64,000 nt of DNA from an uncultured delta proteobacterium (GTDB lineage: Bacteria; Myxococcota_A; UBA9160; SMWR01), in NCBI GenBank assembly GCA_963832165.1, contig CAWHTE010000001.1, forward strand, positions 640,001 to 704,000, read 5' to 3'. The notes beneath the pieces were generated by a model. The model searched no databases, had not been told where the DNA came from, and saw only the letters and a program-made list of their open reading frames with translations. A program made the position numbers and the translations under genes. How positions within the stretch are numbered: position 1 is the stretch's first letter; each line of letters opens with the position of its first letter. Positions 58,292-64,000 of the stretch are shown here, in pieces.

Positions 58292-59460
58292 AAGCAAGGA
58301 GGCCGACGAAGTCGGCCGACGCGCAGCGAGGCGAAGCCGAGCGAAGGCCGGATCCCGAGCGCGAGCGCAAGTTTCGCGCAGCGAGCCGAAGGCGAGCGAA
58401 GCCCATCAGGTGGGCGAGCGCGAAGGCCCGGCAAGGTGGGCGGAAGCTGCGCGTACTGCTGCTCACGCACTCCGAGCTCTACGCGCGCGACTCGGTCGTG
58501 GGCAAGACCGAAAGCGAGCAGCTGCCCTGGCGCACCGAATATCACGTGATGCGCGGGCTGCGCGCGCTCGACCACGAGGTCGAGCAGCTCGGCCTCGACA
58601 CGAGCCTCGCGCCGCTGCACCGAGCGCTCGACCGCTTCGACCCGCACATCGTGTTCAATCTCTTGATCGAGCTGCGCGACTCGGGCGGCTTCGAGCCGCA
58701 CGTGGTCGCGGCGCTCGAGGCGCGCGCCGTGCGTTACACGGGCTGCAACTCCGAAGGGCTCGTGCTCACGCGCGACAAGGCGATCACGAAGAAGCTGCTC
58801 GCGTGGCACGGAATCCCGACGCCCGAGTTCGCGACGTTCCGGCGCGGCCGACGGCGCCGCGCGAACGGCCTCGCGTTTCCGCTGATCGTGAAGCCGATCG
58901 ACGAGGGCGGCTCGTACGGAATCCGGCGCGCTTCGCTCGTGCACAACGCCGCGTCGCTCGAGCGGCGCGTGCGCTGGGTGCACCGGCACTGCGGGCACGA
59001 CGCGATCGCCGAGCGCTACATCGACGGGCGCGAGGTCACCGTGGGGCTGCTCGGCAATCGACGCCCGCGCTGCCTGCCGCTCTGGGAGACCCACTTCGAC
59101 GGGCTCGCGGCGGGTGCGCCGCGGATCGCCACCGAGCGGATCAAGTGGAGCCTCCGGCAGAAGCGCGCGAGCGCGGTGCACTCGGGACCGGCGCGCCGTC
59201 TGCCGCGCGGCGCGGCAGCCGCGATCGAACGGCTGGCGGTGCGCGCGTGGCGGGTGCTGCGTCTCTCGGGCTTCGCGCGCATCGACTTCCGGATCGATGC
59301 AGAAGGCCAGCCGTGGCTGATCGACGTCAACGCGAACCCCGACGTGGACTTCCGCGAAGACTTCGCGCGTTCCGCCGCGCACGACGGCGTCCCGCCCACC
59401 GAGCTGCTCCAGCGCATCGTCGATCTCGGCCTGCGCTACCGGCCGCACTGGGTGGGCTAG
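58288..59460 (+). CDS. D-alanine--D-alanine ligase family ATP-grasp protein
   Basis: VFNL, YTG, DKAITK, IVKP..EGGS.GI, ERYIDGRE, ARIDFR, DVNANP; start uncertain because the N-terminus contains repeats. Confidence 0.85.
   Translation: MKARRPTKSADAQRGEAERRPDPERERKFRAASRRRAKPIRWASAKARQGGRKLRVLLLTHSELYARDSVVGKTESEQLPWRTEYHVMRGLRALDHEVEQLGLDTSLAPLHRALDRFDPHIVFNLLIELRDSGGFEPHVVAALEARAVRYTGCNSEGLVLTRDKAITKKLLAWHGIPTPEFATFRRGRRRRANGLAFPLIVKPIDEGGSYGIRRASLVHNAASLERRVRWVHRHCGHDAIAERYIDGREVTVGLLGNRRPRCLPLWETHFDGLAAGAPRIATERIKWSLRQKRASAVHSGPARRLPRGAAAAIERLAVRAWRVLRLSGFARIDFRIDAEGQPWLIDVNANPDVDFREDFARSAAHDGVPPTELLQRIVDLGLRYRPHWVG
58320..58401 (+). repeat. Two copies of REP-like family B
   Basis: CGCGCAGCGAGGCGAAGCCGAGCGAAG (58320-58346) and CGCGCAGCGAGCCGAAGGCGAGCGAAG (58375-58401). 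Confidence 0.72.
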
Positions 59461-59498
59461 CGTTCCCCTCCATTCACCGATTCGCAGGAGAGGAAGCC

Positions 59499-60326
59499 AT
59501 GAGCTCCGACGTGGTCCTGATCGACGACCCCGCGCCGCAGGTGCGGCGCATCACGCTGAACCGCCCCGAGAAGCGCAACGCGCTCAACCACGCGCTGCGC
59601 GGCGGGATCATCCGCGCGCTCCAGGCCGCCGACGCCGATCCGTCGGTGCGCGTGATGATCGTGCGCGGCGCGGGCAAGTGCTTCTCGTCCGGATACGAGC
59701 TCGGCGGCGGCAACGAGGGGCAGGAGATGCCCTGGTATACGCCGGGCGGTGACGGTCAATGGCCGCGCCACGTCACCGCGGGCTGGATGAGCATCTGGGA
59801 TCTCGGCAAGCCCGTCATCGCGCAGGTGCACGGCTACTGCCTCGCGGGTGGCAGCGAGCTCGCCACCTGTTGCGACCTCGTCTACATGGCCGACGACGCG
59901 CAGATGGGATACCCGGCCGTGCGCTTCGGCGTGCCCGACAACCACTTCCACGCCTGGTTCGTCGGCATGCGCAAGGCGATGGAGATGATGCTCACGGGCG
60001 ATTCGCTCTCGGGCGTCGAGTGCGCGCAGCTCGGCTGGGCCAACGCGTCGTTTCCGGCAGACCAGCTCGAGGCGAAGGTGCTCGAGATGGCGCAGCGCAT
60101 CGCATCCGTTCCGGCTGATCTCGTGCAGCTCAACAAGCGCGTCGTGCACCGCCAGATGGAGATCATGGGTCTCCACACGGGCATCCGCGCCGGCTCGGAG
60201 CTGTGCGCGCTCGGCACGCACCAGAAGAGCATGCACGAGTTCTTGAAGGCGACGCGCGAGAAGGGGCTCACGGGCGCGCTGCAGCAGCGCGACAAGCCGT
60301 TCGGCGACTACCGCACACGGGAGTGA
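59499..60326 (+). CDS. Enoyl-CoA hydratase/isomerase family protein
   Basis: LNRPEKRNAL, FSSGYEL, KPVIAQVHGYCLAGG. Confidence 0.92.
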   Translation: MSSDVVLIDDPAPQVRRITLNRPEKRNALNHALRGGIIRALQAADADPSVRVMIVRGAGKCFSSGYELGGGNEGQEMPWYTPGGDGQWPRHVTAGWMSIWDLGKPVIAQVHGYCLAGGSELATCCDLVYMADDAQMGYPAVRFGVPDNHFHAWFVGMRKAMEMMLTGDSLSGVECAQLGWANASFPADQLEAKVLEMAQRIASVPADLVQLNKRVVHRQMEIMGLHTGIRAGSELCALGTHQKSMHEFLKATREKGLTGALQQRDKPFGDYRTRE

Positions 60327-60336
60327 TCGCGGGTGG

Positions 60337-61947
60337 CTATGCCCACCCCAGCATGTCTCTCGCGCGCGCGAACAGCATTCCGAGCCCGAGCAGCAGCGCG
60401 ACGAATCCGACCGGCGGGCCCAGGAACGGGACCATCGCGGCGACGGAGAGGATCGCGAGGCCCAGCGCGAGCGACTTGCCGAATTCGAACAGCGAATCGT
60501 CTGCGGGCGGCGCGATCATCCTGCCCAGCCACGCTCCGACCACGAGATCCGCGGTATAGAGCGCCACGATGTAGACGAACAGGCTCGCGATCGCGGTGGG
60601 AATCCCCACGATCGTGAGCGCCAGCGCGATTATCGCGACCGGCACCACGATCAGCGCGACGAACCCCACCGCGAGCGTGCGCACGAGATCCCCGCTCGTC
60701 GCGATCGTGCCGCGGTAGATCACGGGGCCGGTCCGGTAGGCGATCAACCCGAACACGAAGGCCGCGGCAAACCACGCCAGGTGGCCCGCATAGAAACGCC
60801 AGCTCCGGTAGTGATCGAGATAGTGCTCGCGCGGACTCCCGCGCGGCGAGGTGCGCACCTCGCCGTCGATACGCGCACCCGGCGAACGCTCGATGCTGCG
60901 GCCTTCTTCGAGCCGCACGTCCACGTCGCGCCCGATGTGCGCGCTGTCGCGCAGATAGATCTCCTCGATCCAGGGCGCCTGTACATCGCGTCCGACTTCT
61001 CCGCGCAGATCGAGTCGCTCGGCGGCGGCCATGACGTCGCGTCGCACGACGCCCTCGAGCACGCCCGAGTCGACGAACAGATGGACGTCGCTCTGCAGGC
61101 GGCCGTTGGCGGTCAGCGCGAAGTCCTCGCTCGCGACGTAGACGGGCTGGCGGATCGTCCCCTCGATGCGCGAGCTCTCGGCGATCGCGTGCACCGCGCC
61201 GCCGACCGACCCCGTGATGTCGAGATCGCGGCAGAACACGTAGATGGATCCCGTGACCTCTCCGCGCACCGACACGTGCTCGGCCGCGGCGATCAGGTCG
61301 CCGTCGAGCGTGCCGTCGATCTCCACGCGCTCGCCCGTCGCGACGACGTTCTCGTCGACGCGTTCGCCGCGCGCGATGCTGAACACGGGCTCGCGGTGGA
61401 CCTCGAATGCGCGCGCGGGCTCGGGTGCGGCGAGGAGCGCGAGGAGCAGCAGCGGCGTGGCATCGAAGATCCGCCGCGAGAACGCGCCGACGGCGAAGGT
61501 CAGGAGCGCGGCGATGCTCGCCACGATGCCGATCGCGAACGCGGCCTCGAGGAGACCGGGCGCGTTCGCGCGCAGCATGAAGATCAGGTCGAAGGTCATT
61601 TCGACTGCTCCTTTGAGACGTCGGGGATGCAAGAGATCGAGCGCGCCGGGCAGGCGCATGTCGATGAGCGCGCTCGCAGCCGCGAGCGCCATCGAGGTTG
61701 CGGCGATCGCGATCGGCACGCCGAGTGCGATGCCGCGCGCTTCCGAGGGCACAGCAGGGGCGGGTGCCGTGTGATGCAGCTCCTCGCGCAGCACCTCGCC
61801 GAGCAGCGTGCCTTCTTCGCGAAACGCCATCACGCGCGCGCGGCAGTCGCGGCACGTGACCAGATGGGCCTCGATCTCGCGAATCGCATTTCCCGAGAGC
61901 TCTCCCTCGGCGTACTGGAAGCACGTGGTCGCGTCGGGACAGCTCAT
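60337..61947 (-). CDS. ZAS anti-sigma factor fused to bactofilin-like beta-helix repeats and a multi-TM domain
   Basis: HLVTCRDC (HxxxCxxC); repeated I/V-x-G-x-V-x-G-D/S units; C-terminal TM bundle with TIVGIP; ATGA overlap with the sigma gene. Confidence 0.8.
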   Translation of the reverse strand: MSCPDATTCFQYAEGELSGNAIREIEAHLVTCRDCRARVMAFREEGTLLGEVLREELHHTAPAPAVPSEARGIALGVPIAIAATSMALAAASALIDMRLPGALDLLHPRRLKGAVEMTFDLIFMLRANAPGLLEAAFAIGIVASIAALLTFAVGAFSRRIFDATPLLLLALLAAPEPARAFEVHREPVFSIARGERVDENVVATGERVEIDGTLDGDLIAAAEHVSVRGEVTGSIYVFCRDLDITGSVGGAVHAIAESSRIEGTIRQPVYVASEDFALTANGRLQSDVHLFVDSGVLEGVVRRDVMAAAERLDLRGEVGRDVQAPWIEEIYLRDSAHIGRDVDVRLEEGRSIERSPGARIDGEVRTSPRGSPREHYLDHYRSWRFYAGHLAWFAAAFVFGLIAYRTGPVIYRGTIATSGDLVRTLAVGFVALIVVPVAIIALALTIVGIPTAIASLFVYIVALYTADLVVGAWLGRMIAPPADDSLFEFGKSLALGLAILSVAAMVPFLGPPVGFVALLLGLGMLFARARDMLGWA

Positions 61948-62531
61948 CGCGCGCTCTCCGAGAGTGCTTCGCGCAGCCGGACGCGCGCGCGGAACAGGAG
62001 CGTCGCCACCTGGTTGCGCGAGACGCACAGGATCTCCGCGATCGCGTCGTACTCGAGCTCCGCGAAGTAGCGCAGCACGAGCGGCGCGCGGTAGTGATCC
62101 GGCTGGGCCTCGATCGCCGCGAGCAGTTGCTGGCGCAGCTCGGCGGAGAGCCCGTGCTGGAGCGGGGAGGGCCCCGGATCGGGAAGCGCGTCGGCTTCGA
62201 ATGCGGTGCCCTCGAACAGGCGGCTCTCGCGACGGCGCCGCCGCAGCGCATCGATCGCGCAGTGCGCGGCGATCGCGAGCAGCCAGCGCCGGAACGGCCG
62301 CGCGGGGTCGTAGCCGTCGAGCGCGGCATGCGCGCGCGCGAAGCTCTCCTGGGCGGCGTCCTCCGACTCCGCAGCCGACCCGAGCATCCGCCGGCACAGC
62401 CGCTGGACGTCGGGGTCGTAGTGGCTCACGAGGCTGCCGAACGCCTCGCGGTCGCCCGTGCGCGCGCGCGCGAGCCACTGGGCAGCCAGCGCGTCGTCGC
62501 GGCTCCCCGAGCGTGCAGCTTGGCTCGCGAT
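61944..62531 (-). CDS. ECF sigma factor; probable non-canonical ATC start
   Basis: ARTGDREAF (upstream of GTG 62429), EDAAQESF, FRRWL, YDAIAEIL, LLFRAR; no ATG/GTG/TTG before the upstream in-frame stop. Confidence 0.88.
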   Translation of the reverse strand: MASQAARSGSRDDALAAQWLARARTGDREAFGSLVSHYDPDVQRLCRRMLGSAAESEDAAQESFARAHAALDGYDPARPFRRWLLAIAAHCAIDALRRRRRESRLFEGTAFEADALPDPGPSPLQHGLSAELRQQLLAAIEAQPDHYRAPLVLRYFAELEYDAIAEILCVSRNQVATLLFRARVRLREALSESAR

Positions 62532-62709
62532 GGGACCGCCCCCCGTGAATCGCCGCCGCGCGGCCGATCGGCGCGCGCGACGGCGGGGTTCCGCCGGCTT
62601 CGAATCCTAACACCCGGGCGGGCTCCATCTGGGCGCTCCACACGGTTCTACGCTCGGGTCGGGCGCCCGATTGCACGAAATCCGCTCTTGGCGCGAGAAT
62701 CCCGCCGCG

Positions 62710-63195
62710 ATGGCCCTGCGCCGCCTGCTCGCGATCGCCCCCCTCGCGCTCGCGTGCGCGAGCGCTCCTGCGCCTCGCTGCGAGCTCCCGCCGGGACCGG
62801 ACGGGCGGGTCGCGCGGGTGGAGGTCGTGCTCGCGCCGGCCGGGGTGCGCGCGCTGGGGCGGGAGCGCGCCGAGCGGGTCGCGGCGCTGGTGCGCCAGAG
62901 TGCGCGCGACTGGCTCGAGCAGGCGGATCGTCTCGCGCCCGACGGCGAGCTCGCGCTCGAAGTGACGATCGACTCGGCGCGGCTGCGCTCGGCGGGATCG
63001 ACCTGGCTGTTCGCGTGGATCGCGTCGCCCGACCATCTCGCGGCGCAGATCGCGGTACGGCGCGGCGCCGAGCGCGCTGGCCAGTGCCCCGTGCACGTCG
63101 AGAGCGCGCTCTCGGGCTACGCCTGGCGCGACCCGGATGCGCGGCTCGAGCGCCTCGCGCGCCGCCTCGGCCGGCGCGCCGCAGCGGGGCTGTAG
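62710..63195 (+). CDS. Hypothetical lipoprotein
   Basis: Lipobox LALAC; coding-like codon usage. Confidence 0.6.
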   Translation: MALRRLLAIAPLALACASAPAPRCELPPGPDGRVARVEVVLAPAGVRALGRERAERVAALVRQSARDWLEQADRLAPDGELALEVTIDSARLRSAGSTWLFAWIASPDHLAAQIAVRRGAERAGQCPVHVESALSGYAWRDPDARLERLARRLGRRAAAGL

Positions 63196-63225
63196 CCCCG
63201 TCCGCGACCGGCCGATACCCACGGC

Positions 63226-64000
63226 ATGGCAGCGACAGCCGCGCCGCGCACGCAGGCAATCCTGAAGGTCAAGGTCGGGACGCGCACGCGCTTGATCGTG
63301 TTCGACACGCAGGACCTCACGTTCGGCCGCGCGACCGAGAACGACGTCTCGGTCGACGATCCCGAGATCTCGCGTCGCCACGCCGTGTTCAAGCGCTCGC
63401 GCGAGGGCTGCACGGTCGAGGACATGGGCACCTCGAACGGCACGACCGTGAACGGTCAGGCCGCGGGGCGCGCCGTGCTCAAGCACGGCGACGTCGTTGT
63501 GATGGGCGGGGTCGAGATCACCTATGCCGAGACCACGCGCGCCCCCACCACGCTCGGGGCCTCGGTGGAATACGCCTCCCAGATCAAGGCGTACGGGACG
63601 CCGATGGCGCAGATGAAGGGCGACGGCGAGGCCACGATCCTCGGCATGCTCGACGCGCCGACCAGCGAGGACGACGAGGCCTTCGAGGTGCGCCCGGCCG
63701 GCGAGTTCGACTTCGATCTGTACGAGAAGAACGCGAGCAAGAGCAAGAGTGCACCGCGCAATCTCGACGCCGAGGTCGCCAACCTCGATCTCGACGTGGA
63801 CTTCGAGATCGGCGACGCAGCGACCAAGGCGCCCGCGCCCGCGCGCAAGGCGCCTGCTCCCGCTCCTGCAGCCGCTCCCGCGCGCAGCGCGAAGAGCGAT
63901 GTCTGGGAGCTCGACGAGGCTCCCGCGAAGCCCGCATCGGGACCGATCGCGCTCACGCTCGAGATCGACGGCCTGTCGGGCGATCTGCGCCGCACCGTCG
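63226..64000 (+). CDS. FHA domain protein (runs off the window; absent from the ORF track)
   Basis: FGR...ISRRHA...EDMGTSNGT FHA signature, then an acidic and Pro/Ala-rich linker. Confidence 0.88.
   Translation, partial: MAATAAPRTQAILKVKVGTRTRLIVFDTQDLTFGRATENDVSVDDPEISRRHAVFKRSREGCTVEDMGTSNGTTVNGQAAGRAVLKHGDVVVMGGVEITYAETTRAPTTLGASVEYASQIKAYGTPMAQMKGDGEATILGMLDAPTSEDDEAFEVRPAGEFDFDLYEKNASKSKSAPRNLDAEVANLDLDVDFEIGDAATKAPAPARKAPAPAPAAAPARSAKSDVWELDEAPAKPASGPIALTLEIDGLSGDLRRTV

Noticed and set aside
1..64000. Many long Arg/Ala/Pro-rich ORFs in the track (e.g. 9034-11529, 17600-20086, 49493-52720)
   Set aside because: Shadow ORFs of real genes in GC-rich DNA; no motifs, and they overlap well-supported CDSs
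1..64000. CRISPR arrays, tRNA, rRNA, transposases, integrases, phage or defence genes
   Set aside because: No regularly spaced repeats or recognisable signatures seen by eye; a covariance-model scan was not possible

Overview
Very GC-rich, gene-dense bacterial chromosomal DNA with about 70 CDSs. Gene content suggests an uncultured Myxococcota/deltaproteobacterium-like heterotroph (inference only). Lipid, steroid and aromatic catabolism dominate: a KshA-like Rieske oxygenase, a P450, four acyl-CoA dehydrogenases, two crotonases, SDRs, an acyl-CoA synthetase and a four-subunit 2-oxoacid:ferredoxin oxidoreductase. Redox/stress genes, two ECF sigma loci, GT-C/GT2 glycosyltransferases and an MddA methanethiol methyltransferase are also present. 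No rRNA, tRNA, CRISPR array, transposase or phage gene was seen. Most interesting: (1) a TTQ amine dehydrogenase operon (mauB-E-D-A plus cytochrome c, no mauG) translationally coupled to an MMPL/RND transporter and downstream of DUF455/ACAD/SDR genes; (2) an unannotated sigma54 promoter, enhancer palindrome, ~145-nt transcript and terminator directly after it, carrying a 21-codon Trp/Phe-rich micro-ORF; (3) an FtsH-type membrane AAA ATPase with an Sm/Hfq-like tail instead of its protease domain, next to a site-2 protease; (4) a micro-ORF, RedB-like protein and output-less RedC-type membrane sensor. Two REP-like repeat families are present. Five genes carry single-base frameshifts or an internal stop, probably long-read errors.
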